Numbered from the stretch's first letter, positions 11,772 through 24,107 are shown. The stretch is 46,543 nt of DNA from Octopus bimaculoides (GCF_001194135.2 NC_068983.1:80009646-80056188); one strand, 5' to 3'. Notes: generated by a model not told the origin, from the sequence alone. Made by a program: numbers and translations.

Positions 11772-12689
11772 CCTTATTATTATTATCATCATCATACAAG
11801 TAGAGATTGACAAAACAAGTACCAGACTGAAATAGTCCTGCAGTCAATATAAGACCTGTGATCTAGTGCTCCTGCATGGTTGCTAGTTAATGGCTGAAAC
11901 AAGTGAAAGAAATTCATAGAGACTTAGGCCGCATAAAATCATGCAGCATTGATTACAAAAAGAATGATTTACAATTTTTTTAATATCCTAAGGTAATTCT
12001 TTAGATAAGAGCTATTTGTCTGATAACCTATTATCTTTTAAGGTCATGTAAGTGTGATTTTAACACTAAAAAATAGTTTAAAATTTCCAAACAAAAGTTA
12101 ATTGTAGCCCAAATACATTTTAGTCTGTGTTGTTTTAATGAATTTTCATTTTTTTTTTTCCAAATGTATTAGAACCGAACGCAATTTTAATGACAAAATT
12201 TTCAGTGTGAAAAATCAACATTAAAAAATAAAAACCAATCGAGGTCAAATCTAAATGTCTTCATAGATATTTTTTAATATCTATGTAAATTCAGTTTTAA
12301 CAATTATTAATACAACTTTTTATACTTATAAATTTAAGGAAACAAAAAAGAACATTAAAAAAATTACATTCAGAATTATGTTTCTCAAGATATCTATATT
12401 ATTTTTATGTTATTCTTGTTTCAAAACTGTTTCATGCAGTTTTTGTAAAATTTAAAAACAATTTTTGCATGTGAATTAAATTACATTTTCTTTTAATATT
12501 GAATGCATTTTCTATTTTCCTCCTTTCCTCAAATCCAATTTTCACTATTTTATTGAATTCCTCCTTCAGCTGAGCAAATAGTATTTCATTTATCTTATCA
12601 CCAATGATCAATTTCTGTATCCTTTGTAGCTATGCTGGGGCATAAACAGCAAACAATATAAACATAGGCACACAAACACATACACACAA

Positions 12690-12848
12690 ATATGGTGTGC
12701 CAGTGCACAATTTCCATCTCTCAAATTTCCTCCTCCAATGTACAGAGCAACCCAAGACCACAGCAGAAACACTTGCCGGAGATACCATATAGTGAGATCA
12801 AACCTAGAAGTATGATGTGAAGCAAACTTCTTTAAGAGAGAGCCATGC

Positions 12849-12850
<2 letters not shown>
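12690..12850 (-). mobile_element. Decayed SINE family A 5' half
   Basis: tttccatct...gaaacacttgcc...agcaaacttctt...agccatgcct matches the reverse complement of the family A head and core. Confidence 0.55.
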
Positions 12851-12879
<29 letters not shown>

Positions 12880-13034
12880 AGTGTGAGTGTGTGTGTGTGC
12901 ATTTGTTTGGGAAAATTTTATAAGAAAGAAATTGTATATTGTTAAGATGAGCTTGGTATATCTCCCTCGAGTGTTTTATTTGGATTACTTGATTTATACT
13001 AGTGTAGCACTAACTTTTACTGTTCATGATGCAA

Positions 13035-13420
13035 TAGGGCAATGCAAAAGACAAGGAGTGGACTGATCTAATTAATCTGGGATCTCACTTTTCACATGAC
13101 CTTTGCAATCCAAACATGACTGACATTTTGACTGACGATGAGGACCTAATCTATGAGAAGTCATTAGTCAGACCCAGGATGTATCCATGCTTTTTTGTAT
13201 TTGTTACCCATCTGGAAGTCTGTTTGTGCAGGTTAAGAGTGTTTCTCAGAACACATGGTCAACAGAAGTAGCTCATTTTTAGTCATTTCCAACTGTTGGT
13301 TTGAAATCACCTACTACCATAAGCTTTTCATTCATATGGGTGGACTTCAAAATAGAATCAAGATTCTCATTAAGTAGACTGACATGAATATCCACAAATT
13401 AACTGTTAGTGAAACGGTAC
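13035..13420 (-). mobile_element. Old RTE-type APE endonuclease fragment
   Basis: Minus strand reads NENLDSILKSTHMNEKLMVVGDFKPTVGND and WIHPGSD**LLID*VLI, matching the GDFNA and TW.HP..LIDY motifs. Many stops. Confidence 0.7.
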
Positions 13421-14114
13421 TTGTGACTGACCAGAAACTTTATGAATTTGTTAAAGATATCAACAATATTACATCTTTGTATATTTTGAAACACTTTAAT
13501 ATCTTTATTTTTATTTTCAATCAATAAGCATAGAATGGCAGATAACATCTTCACTTTCAGAATTCTATTGAAATTGAAGTCTATAGATTTCTTTGTTTCC
13601 TTTTTACCCAGTGTTTTTACTTTTATACTTTATGTGTTACCTATTAATATAAAATGTTTGAATATGCTATTATTTTCCTAACAACCTAATTTATTTCAAA
13701 TTAAACTTTTACTCCAAAGTTTAAGTTCATGTGCTCATAGGAACTGATAAAATAACAATCAGCTATTTTCAAATATTTCAGCTTTTTATCATTTCTAGCA
13801 TTTTATGTTTTGTTTATGTTATTTTTTTTATTTTTTATCAAAGAAAATGTTCAATAGTAATCTTTCTCTCAGGATACAATTATAACATCTGTGTTTTGCT
13901 ATCTTAGCATTTTTCATCATTCTCATTAATCTAATATTTGTTTGTATGAGAATATGTCTGCATAACAATACCCTACTATTTTATACCATACTTTGATAAT
14001 TTCTGCATCAAATATTACTTCCTTTTTCTGCTTTGTCTGCATTATATATATATATTTTTAATGATAATTTTCAGTAGATTAATGCAGATTTTGTGTGATA
14101 TACGTACTGTTGAT

Positions 14115-14493
14115 GCAGGCTTTGTTAAGAAATTTCCTTCCCCACCACATGGTTTGGGGCTCAGTTCCATTGTATGGTACCCTAGGCAAGTACCTTCTAC
14201 TTTAGGCCAACCAAAGCTTTTGGGAGGATTTCATTGACAGAAACTGAAAGAAGCCCTAGTTTGTGTGTGTTTGTGTATCCTTGTTTTCACATTGTGATAG
14301 TTGAAAATAAGCATTACCATCATACAAATAGTGTCTTTTCCTTCTAATTTTCTTTGGAGAAAACATATCTGGCTTTGCTTGGAAACAGGAAAAGTTGGTG
14401 ACAGGAAGAGCATCTGTCCATAGAAAATCTGCCTCAATAAATTCTGTTACCCATGCAAACAGATAAAAGTGAACATTAAAATGATGATAATGA
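14115..14493 (+). mobile_element. SINE with family A head/core and RTE-derived 3' tail
   Basis: Family A head and core are followed by GGTGACAGGAAGAGCATC...CCCATGCAAAC...AAAATGATGAT, homologous to the RTE 3' UTR. Confidence 0.7.
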
Positions 14494-14670
14494 CAACAGT
14501 GTTTTACAAAGCTTCTAAGTTGTTATCTCTTTTAGTATATCATTATTATTAAGAAGTGTAGCTGCATCATTATTGATACACATGGATTTAATTGTTAGTA
14601 TGCAAATTTGTAAGATGAGCAATCTGAGTGAGGTAATCAGAGCCAATTCAAGGACAACTTATAGAGTTAT

Positions 14671-14868
14671 TACCATATTTTCTAGCATACAAGTCAATGT
14701 AGTATATAGTGTTAACATTCAAGCATTGTCGTTATGTTTCCTAATCCTGCTGCATTTCACATGGAATTTTTGGTCCTTCAAAGTCATCTTGGTGTATAAG
14801 TTGACCAACCCATTTTGGCTTTAAATTTCAGTCTGAAAGATTTGACCTGTATGCCAGAAAATAGAGTA
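14671..14868. mobile_element. pogo/Tc1-mariner-like MITE
   Basis: 25-bp TIRs TACCATATTTTCTAGCATACAAGTC and GACCTGTATGCCAGAAAATAGAGTA (4 mismatches), with TA termini. Confidence 0.7.
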
Positions 14869-15276
14869 TTGGAAACAGTAGATACTTCAAAGAGAATGCC
14901 TTGCAGCCTGTATCACCATATGTCCTGAGTTAAAATTTTACCAAAGTTGATTTTGACTTTCATCCTTCTGGGGCTTGGTAAAATAACTGCCAGTCAAATA
15001 CTGGGGTTGATTTCATTCACTGTTCCTTTTCCTCTCATAATGTGTAGTCATGTACTTATGATAGAAATTATTATGATTATTACTTTAAAGCACAATTTTT
15101 GCAATGTGTTTGCTTATCTAATTATATTAGGTGGACTTGTCTCCATTGAAACTTGATATCCAGCTGTTATAATGACTTGAAGATAGTATTGAAATATATA
15201 CTTGATGTACTACTCTGTCCTATGTTCCAGTTCTGCTAAAGAAACCTTAGATATTTAAGTTTCTGGCATTCATAGT

Positions 15277-17962
15277 CATCCTCATCATCATCATCACCAC
15301 TACTATCCTCATCATCATCATCATCATCTTCATTATTATTTCACATTAGTTTCTTCTCATGCTTGCATGCATCGGACAGATCTTCTCTAGCACAGAGTTT
15401 TGCCACTTGTAGTGGTGCTTTGTCATCACTTTCCTGAAGTTCAGTCTCCTGAGATTATTTTTTTTTTATCACTTCATCCCATATCATATTCATCTTCCTT
15501 TTACAATAGGTCCATTGCACTTAGAATACTTCAACCTTCATTCTCAACAACATACTTGCCAGCTCGCTCTTCTCTTTTGCACGCATCTGATTCTGCTTCT
15601 ATCCTTCTTTTCTCATCAGCTAATTTGCGGTCTGTTATTCATGCACATTCAGTTTCATTTCTTTCCAGCCTTCACACACCTTCTGCATTCAATGCCCATT
15701 TATCACTACTGCATCTTACTACATTGGCATCATACAGTTTGCCCTTCCAAAAAGACAATCCCTTTGTTGCTAAGCATTTCCATTCTTTGCAAACATCCAC
15801 CTTCACTGCTAAGTAGGTTACATGGGTAGAAGCTATCTGGAGCTTTTAGGGAGCCCTCCTGAGCATTTGAAACATTCATTTCCTGGGTACTCTTATTTGT
15901 AACTACTCCTATGTATCTGCTATATGCAAAGTCTTTTACCATCAGTCTCCTTGTAATTACACTGTACCACTTGCACACCCACATATTACAATATGTACAG
16001 CTTACAGAATTGCTACTTTCTTTTTCTTTATATATTGAACAGACCCACTTTTCAGATGACAGTAGAATCCGATCTTCTTTCCTGCTAACCTAGATTTACT
16101 TAAAGAGCTTCTGATTTTAAGATTTTATTTCATGCTTGGATTCAACTGTGAGAAACTAGGTATCAACACCACAGTTCCCATGGAGTGTCATACATAAACT
16201 CCTCCATTATGGCATAGAGAACTATAATAAAACAAAAAGGAGCTGAGAATTGAACCCTGACTAACACCTACCTGAATGTTAAATTACTTGCTTATTTCAT
16301 TGCTAACTCTCATTTTTCTGACAGCATCTCTGTACAAGGCTTGCACTGTTCTCATATTCATTTACAACTAATTTTTTTGGTGACTATCAGACTAGAGCAT
16401 GTGATTCTCTATCAGAGACCATCTCCACATTATCAAATGTTAGTTTTAGTAGTTTACTCTTAACTAAGAACCACTATAGCTGTCTCATCAGCTATAGTGG
16501 TTCTCTCATTTGCTGTGAACCTAAACTGCATCTCATCTAATTTTACACCCAAATTGTATTATAATTCAATTAATTTCATTATTTACTCCATCAGTTTGAA
16601 GTCTCTGTAATTCTTTTTTAGAGCATCTCCTTTGCCCTTGTAGTACAAGTAATGGTTACTCCCAATGCTCTCGATTTCTCTGCCTTTATATCCTTAATGG
16701 GCTCCCCACTGTTAGGTATACTTGTTCAGCAACTTCTTCTCATTTTGTCGTCTCCATATCTCCTCCTCTTTGATGTCAGCGAGAGTACCACTATCATTAT
16801 GTCATTACGTACATACTTTTCTAGAATGATATCTCAATTCATACTGAAAACACTTCTTTGTAAATCAGAAAACGTCTAGATTGCAATGTAATTATCATTA
16901 TATCACAGAACCATAGCAAACTTCTTACTTTGTATTTAATTTCTTGTTAAATAAACCTGAAACCTGTGATATGTGATATTATCCCTTGTTCCTTACTTTT
17001 TTTCATTATTTCCAAGCATGTCTCAGCTATTAGGAATTCACCTACTGTACCATCTACCCACCGTATCAACTTTTTATCTGGTTGGAACCTTGTTCTATCC
17101 GGAGATCTTGTCTGTGATTCAAGGCAGATTGTCTTGCAGAAACTTCGAGCTGTTTCCTGTGATAAAACCAGTAACTCTTCCTTTTTCTTGACACATGTGT
17201 CACCTATACTTCTTTGAATCTATATCTTACTAAGGAATCTTTCGTTGAGTTCTTAATCTAGTGTCATTGATCAATAGACTATAATAAGTGGATATGTTTA
17301 GAAAAAAAAAACAACTTAGTCTTCACAACAATCTATGTGTATTATTTCTTGGTGAGTATAAAATTAGATCTTTTTAGCACATTCATCTGAGTGGTAGGTA
17401 ATCTGGCAGATGAACAGTTTGCTGAAGATAGTATTGCGTGGGGTTGAGTCAGTTATGTTCCAAAACTCTTGACATCCAGTGACACAATTGATTTCCTTTC
17501 ATTCCATGTACTATAACCATAGCCTCCATATATGTTAGAATAGCACCATAGTTTTACCTAACACATTTATTGAAGTCACCAAGTTTGTTGTTGTCTACAT
17601 GGGGGTCTCATAGAAAGGGTCCATTTGCTCATCTCTCAGTTCTGATTGTCATGCATATGTACAGGTTATTGTTGCTGTTGTGTTACCTTTCGTGAACCTA
17701 AACTTAGTTATTCAATCACATACTCTGATCTTTCCAATTACTTTATCTATCAGTTTCTCTGCCAACAATATGCCTATTCCAGAATGTTATGTACTCAAAA
17801 CGCAGAAGAATTTGTGTCTGTGTTCCTTACCTACAAGGATTCTGGTTGAGTCTTTCTTCCATCTTACCTCTTGTACACTGCAAACATCTACATGCCTCTG
17901 CTCTAGCATCTCTATATCTCCAGTTTTATCTTTCATTGTGCCAATGGTGTTGGAGCAGCCCT
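15277..17962 (-). mobile_element. Near-full-length decayed RTE LINE (APE, RT, Cys-rich insert, 3' (GAT)n tail)
   Basis: Collinear minus-strand motifs: MLEQRHVDVCSVQEVRW and LGDFN (APE); YKGKGDAL..NYR and VGVSQGSILS (RT); KWVCSI...CTYC; DSFYPCNLLSSEGGC; then a (GAT)n tail. Many stops and frameshifts. Confidence 0.9.
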
Positions 17963-18075
17963 GAAATTTTTCACCTGACAGTGAAAGGAGAGGTTTTGGT
18001 GAAGTTTGGGTTGTCTAATGTCTATTTTCAGCAACTGAAAGGAAGAGAATTAATGTTCTCATACATAGTCATATG

Positions 18076-18657
18076 TAGAGCTGGGTGTAAGTTCATTAAT
18101 CCATCAATTGTTAATTAACAAAGTTTACATTTTCGTTAACGATTTAACTGTTAAGTTAACTTTGAAAATCATTTGCGGACTAATTAACTTCTGTTACACT
18201 TAGCTTCTATCAACTCAAGTCCATTAACCCAAAAATTTCATAAAAACCGGTAAACGTTTAAAAGTTTCTATTGTTTTCAAATTGTTTTAGCGTATTTAAT
18301 ATTGTAAGTGTCATTCTTTCAACCCTGATGTAACACCACTTATAGGACCTCGTTTGGCCCTGCCTGGATTTGAAACCAAATCCACCCACTTGTTGCTTGC
18401 AAAGACAGCAGGGAAATTTCTTTGTCCTTTTAGGAGGGAACAGTGATTGATGTGTTTCCACTTGATCCATGACCTCACTGAGACAAATGTCAACAGAGAA
18501 AATATTGACTTCCATAAAGTGGAAAGAATTAACATTAATGGATTAATGTTAACTTCCATTACATTTTCAAAGAATTAACGGTTAACAAAATTAACTTTCC
18601 GGTTAACGGATTAACACTTAATAAAGTTAACTTTTCGATTAACGGTGCCCACCTCAG
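18076..18657. mobile_element. Putative hAT-type non-autonomous element with GTTAAC/TTAAC-rich subterminal regions
   Basis: Termini TAGAGCTGGG and CCCACCTCAG, with dense TTAAC/GTTAA motifs at both ends. TSD not convincing. Confidence 0.45.
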
Positions 18658-20921
18658 GTCTTTGTTTCTACCTGATCACATCCATGATTATGCACATGGT
18701 AATGTTTGATCTGTATATAGTTATAGTTCTTCTTTGATTTGACAACCTTGTTTTGGGCATATGTTTTACAGATGGCTACTTTTACTATCACAAGCTACTT
18801 TACAGCATGAAATGAGTGCATTTTATCATGCCACTCACACAAGAGAGCCTATATGACAAAACTAAGGTGTTTCTTTTACACTATGTAAAATTTTTTCTCA
18901 GTTACTACTCTCTTAGATGAGTTGACTTCACTCCAACTTATGAAGTTCACTTCTCCTCAATTTAGTATTTTATTTGGAGCTGTTGTTCTCCTTGAGTTAT
19001 TAACATACTGATTATCTTTTAGTTTTGCTATTAATTTCACCCTCTTACACTGACATATTAGTAACCTTAAGCTGATTTCTTTTTTCCTTTACTATTAAAC
19101 ATCTAGAAATTTTAATTACTTTTGCCAAATTATTTATAAGTTTTATTCAAAATGTTCTTAGTTATTTTGATTAACTACAGTTCATTAGTGTTATGTATGT
19201 ATACAAAACATCAAATTCTCTGATACACTATTAATAAACCAAACTATCCATGAAATGCACTGGATAGAATGAAATTTGATTTATAGTTTGTAATTTATTT
19301 CATAGCTCATGTTATATGCTTGTTAAATTTCCTCTAAATAATTAAACGCTATGAAACAAAAACAATTTTTATTCAATTTATCTTTAGTCATGTTTCTTTA
19401 TATAATTTTTGTTTTATACTGCTATTATTTTTCTCTTAAATATATAAAACTCTTAATTATATGACTAAATATTCTATACAACTGATGTAATTTGACTAGA
19501 TTTTGTTTAAATTTTGAAGTTATTTTTAAATTTCATATTTAAAACTGTTAGTGACTTATATTTATTTACTGTAGCTATTTAGCATGTATTTGCTAGTGAG
19601 AGATTATTTATATCCCCAAATTTTCTAATTACCAGATTTTTATGAAGTTTTAATTTGTACAAGTAGGTTCTAAAGTTATGAAATAATCCAATCTCCTCAT
19701 TAAAGTTAACTAATTTCATTTCAGATTAACCTTTTCAACTCATCAGATTTATGTGAAAGGACTTCACTTCTGTCTCTTCTCGAAAATATGTTAGTTGTGA
19801 GAAATAGGAAATGCTTTCATTGTGTCTAAAAAGTGATTATTGAGATCTGTTAAGAAAACAATTGAGATGTGAAGTTTATTTTTGTAATATTTCTTCAACT
19901 AATAAGTTGAAGATTTTAATGACTAATATCACTACAAGATAGTATGCAAGGGGGGATATTATTTAGAAGTAGACACACAAGAGATTAGAGATGAGAAAAT
20001 TTTGAATGAATTATATCAAGTTGGGCTTTTTGTGATGAGATGATGCAATGTTGTAATGCAAGAAGACATTTTAATTTGTGAAGCTATTCAGCCTATGTTA
20101 TCAGAAGGATACATTTGATAACGTCCTAAATACACAATGCCAACAAAAACTGGATGTTAACAAAGTAACTTAGACATGCGGTGCTGTATCGAGTTTTTTA
20201 AGACTAAAAAATAACAAGGAAAAATTAGATTCAATAGGGGTCAAGATTGATGATATCAGCAAGTCAAACCTGATTGAACTTAAAACATGAACAATATGTA
20301 ATCTCCGATTACCTTAATCTAATAAAAGAGAAGCTAGTGAATACATGGTAATCTTCAACAAAATGAGCCTGTGTCAGTTAATTCTTCTGTTGCTTTATTA
20401 TTTGCACAAAATGACACATAAAAAAAAGTTGGTTTCTTTTCCCTTTTTTTTTTAATTATCATTAATAATATTATTATTATTATTATTATTGAAAGCCAGG
20501 TCCACATAACTGATTCTAAAAATGAGAACAGTTTCTTTTTGTTGAAAGCACATGATGACATAAAACCTACAAAAGAGACAATAGATAAGGCTTTTATATA
20601 TATTTGACATATCCTGTTTTAAATAAACATCGACTAATATTTCAATACACATAACCCCAAAGTAAGTAGGTAAGAAGTAAATTATAAGTGTTGTCAAAAA
20701 GCACTTATGTGCATGAGATGAGTAGAGAGAAGAAAGAGGTGGGGAGGCAGTTACTGATTTGTTGATAAAATATTTTTGTGTATATTTTCACTTGAAAATA
20801 ACTAGCTAATAAAATAGAGGCTTATTCAAATATTAGATATTATATCACATTTGTACTGAAATAATATATTACTAGAAACAGGGGAAAAAACAACATAGAA
20901 TTCATTAAGCTTTGTATGTGA

Positions 20922-20958
<37 letters not shown>

Positions 20959-21257
20959 TAGGGTTGGAGTGAAGTCCGTATAGATAGTGTACATAATCCA
21001 ATTGTATTTGGGAATTTAGGAAAAATATTGTTATAGACTGCAAAAAACTGGAGCAGAATGGACTTGTCTCCTGAATGTGTCTGTTCTGCATGGTCATATA
21101 TGGTTTTAAATGATACTGAAGATATGTTTATTATGAATAGTATGAGAGTAATGTACTTGAGCATTAAACAAAGAATGTGACTCAGTTTCTAGTTTGACAT
21201 ATGGAATTTTATTGTATTTTATTTTGTTTTCTTAATGAAGATATTTCATATATATAT

Positions 21258-21570
21258 CATCACCATCATCATCATCGTTTAACGTCCGCTTTCCATGCTA
21301 GCATGGGTTGGACGATTTGACTGAGGACTGGCAAACCAGATGGCTGCNNNNNNNNNNACGATTTGACTGAGGACTGGCAAACCAGATGGCTGCACCAGGC
21401 TCCAGTCTGATCTGGCAGAGTTTCTACAGCTGGATGCCCTTCCGAACACCAACCATTCTGAGAGTGTAGTGGGTGCTTTTATGTGCCACTGGCACGAAGG
21501 CCAGTGAGGCAGTACTGGCAATGGCCACGCTCAAAATGGCATTTTTTATGTGCCACCTGCGCAGGAGTCA
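21258..21570 (-). mobile_element. RTE 3' UTR/tail copy spanning a 10-N gap
   Basis: (CAT)n, then CGTTTAACGTCCGCTTTCCATGCTAGCATGGG...CAGCTGGATGCCCTTCC; same family as 447-776. Confidence 0.8.
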
Positions 21571-21919
21571 GCCTGTCTTTCCTCCCTCGACATTTTTCTT
21601 CATTATATTCACCCACTAACACATTCCTCTTCTCTGACTAGCTCCCACTCTCCCATACACTCTTACAGCCTCTAACCACTTGCATCTCCTATCCCCACTT
21701 ATTTGTACTCATCTCACAGCAGGAAGGTGCACACTGACCCCCTCATCATTGCTAAATTATATTTTTCCAGCTCCAGTCTGGTCACTCCAACCCTCTATTT
21801 TATGTAAGTAGCTATGTATCTTGCCCACAGCCAGAAACTTGTTCTGTTCCAGCCTATTATCTTACACTTTAACACATCTCCTCTAACATAAATCCACCTT
21901 TCTCTCTACTGTAACCCCA

Positions 21920-22135
21920 CTCGATGGAAAGAGATCTTAGTCTTGCAACCTGCATGTCAACCTCACTAGTGCTGGTGCCACAAAATATCACCAAGTACAC
22001 AGTATAAATGGTCAGCATTAGGATGAATATTGAATTGCTCCAGACACTGGAGCATGATACAATCCTAGTACCTGTTAGATCCTTCTAAACTTTCCCAACC
22101 ATGCCAGCACAGTGAGTAAATTATGATAATTGATA
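21920..22135 (+). mobile_element. Decayed RTE-tailed repeat
   Basis: GTGCTGGTGCCAC...CATTAGGATG...ACCATGCCAGCAC resembles the RTE 3' UTR in sense orientation. Confidence 0.5.
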
Positions 22136-22142
22136 TATATGC

Positions 22143-22159
22143 ATGTGTGTGTGTGTGCG

Positions 22160-22199
<40 letters not shown>

Positions 22200-22209
22200 N
22201 NNNNNNNNN

Positions 22210-22260
<51 letters not shown>
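22143..22260. repeat. (TG)n microsatellite with 10-N gap
   Basis: Directly visible. Confidence 0.95.
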
Positions 22261-22262
<2 letters not shown>

Positions 22263-22562
22263 CTGATATCCCACCACCTCTGTTCTTTTTCCAGATGCTC
22301 CCACTCTTATATAATGTGGGGTCGCTTTGTCTTTCCTCTATAGCAAGACAACTAGGCTTGTCTCTCTTTCACACTTCAGCCTCTTAATACCTGCAATAGA
22401 ACAATCGCCCCTCCCCACCCTCTCAAATACTAACCCTTCTCCCATTTAGTTGAGGAGGTTTTTGTTTTCTTCCCCCTTTTTCTAACTTGTTCTTTTTTTG
22501 TCTTGCAAGTTACTTGGTGACCTCATTAGTGCCAGTGGCACAAAAGAAGCACCCAGTATACT

Positions 22563-22626
22563 AAGTCAGAAAAGTTGACATTTAAGTGAGTTGGCATGAC
22601 AAGGAATCATCATGTGAAGGTGTAAA
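22563..22626 (+). repeat. Left arm of perfect 64-bp inverted repeat (partner 24108-24171)
   Basis: AAGTCAGAAAAGTTGACA...GAAGGTGTAAA is the exact reverse complement of 24108-24171. Confidence 0.95.
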
Positions 22627-22762
22627 CAGCATACAACTACTTTATCGCATCACTACTGCATGAATCTCTCTGAGAGATTTAGAAATGTATTATTTCTATT
22701 TTTGAAATCAGTGATTGTGTTTCACTAGAATTATTATATGTTTACGAGAGCTTGATATCCAT

Positions 22763-22850
22763 CTCCAACTAGCAGGCCATTGCTACTCCAGACTGATGAC
22801 GAGCAAAGACTCAGAAACATGTCTCTGGATGCAGGCTTAGCTAAGTGGAG
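22763..22850 (+). ncRNA. Putative minimal type I hammerhead ribozyme on an extended hairpin
   Basis: UCCAGA-CUGAUGA-C-GAG(CAAAGA)CUC-A-GAAA-CAUG-UC-UCUGGA. This gives a 6-bp stem I, the full core, and a one-pair stem III with a palindromic CAUG loop. Stem I extends with bulges to CUCCA/UGGAG. The stem II closing pair is a C-A mismatch. Confidence 0.7.
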
Positions 22851-24107
22851 GTGCTTGTCTCCCCCTTGTAAACATAAGGACACAGAAAATGTGTCAAGGC
22901 CGACAGGAAGCGGTGCTGCTTCCTAGGGTTAAATAGCAGTAGTATTATTCCCTTCATGGGACTGTCACATTAAGTTGACAGCATACAGTTACTTTATATA
23001 TTTTTATATATGTTTATTCTTTGTTATTCTATTTTTATATATGCTTCTTCTATACTGTTATTTAAAGATTTTGCTATCAAGAGCATAATAACTGACGAAA
23101 TAAGATTTAATTTATTATTAAAAGCTGTCTTTTCTTTTATTTTATTTCTTAGGTAAGTGGATATTTAAATTCTCTCAAAGATTACAAGTTTATGAAATCA
23201 AGCAATTTTGCCTATAGTAGTCCTGTACAAATTGGTATGTATGAGAAATTGTCTTTCTTCTTAGCTACAGGTTTTCAATTTGTTTCTTTTTTCTCTCATT
23301 CTCCACAATGTTCAGCTGCTACATAAAATCTAATATTTATAAAAAGAAAATCTGAAAATTTTATTTGATATTGTTTATCTAAGTATTGGTTGAACTGTTC
23401 AAACAGTTAACCTCATCCTGTGTATTTCTATCTACATATTCGATTATCATTAAGGACCATTTATTACCTATATCTATATTTTGGCCTCTATAAAACTGAG
23501 ATAGAAGACTGCAATAACTTCTCTCAAAAACAGAGATGTGTAATTGACTGAACTTCAAAATTTAGTATTACGCATTATTACGGGTAGTAGTGTCAGATAC
23601 AATACCAATATCTAGTAGTATTTGGTCCTTGAGGACAAACAAACCAGTCTGAGTATTTGAAAATCATTTAATAGTTATATGTTGTGTGCATATTTACACG
23701 TGTTAGTGTGTGTTTATCAGTCAGACAGAGAGAGTGGGAAAGATCAAAAAAACAAAACTATGTTGGAAATTAGCCACTTGACTTTACAAACTATCCTTAA
23801 AGATCATTTTGCATTCATACACAGAAACTTGATTCCTCTAGAAAATAATATTCCATTTCCTGCCAGTTCTAAGTGTATGTATGCTAACATTGTATGTTAC
23901 TATCAATTGAAATAACATTCTGATTTCTGGAACAATCTTCACCTAACAAGTGGTAAAATGATAGGAAAATAGGAACTTAAGAAGTGAATAATTTACTTAC
24001 TTCAAAGAGATCTAATCACGTAATCAGTTATCAGACACATTTGAGATATCTATAGACACGTTAACACCTAGTCACTATAATGAATTATGGATCTGAATTG
24101 AAGGGAC

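Noticed and set aside
15400-15829. 138-aa and 104-aa plus-strand ORFs
   Set aside because: They are antisense to the decayed RTE ORF2.
19960-20170. Coding-like stretch (EVDTQEIRDEKILNELYQVG...)
   Set aside because: It has multiple stops and no recognisable motif, so it could not be assigned.
21312-21393. Exact 36-bp direct repeat either side of a 10-N gap
   Set aside because: This is the classic unmerged contig overlap, so it is most likely an assembly artefact.
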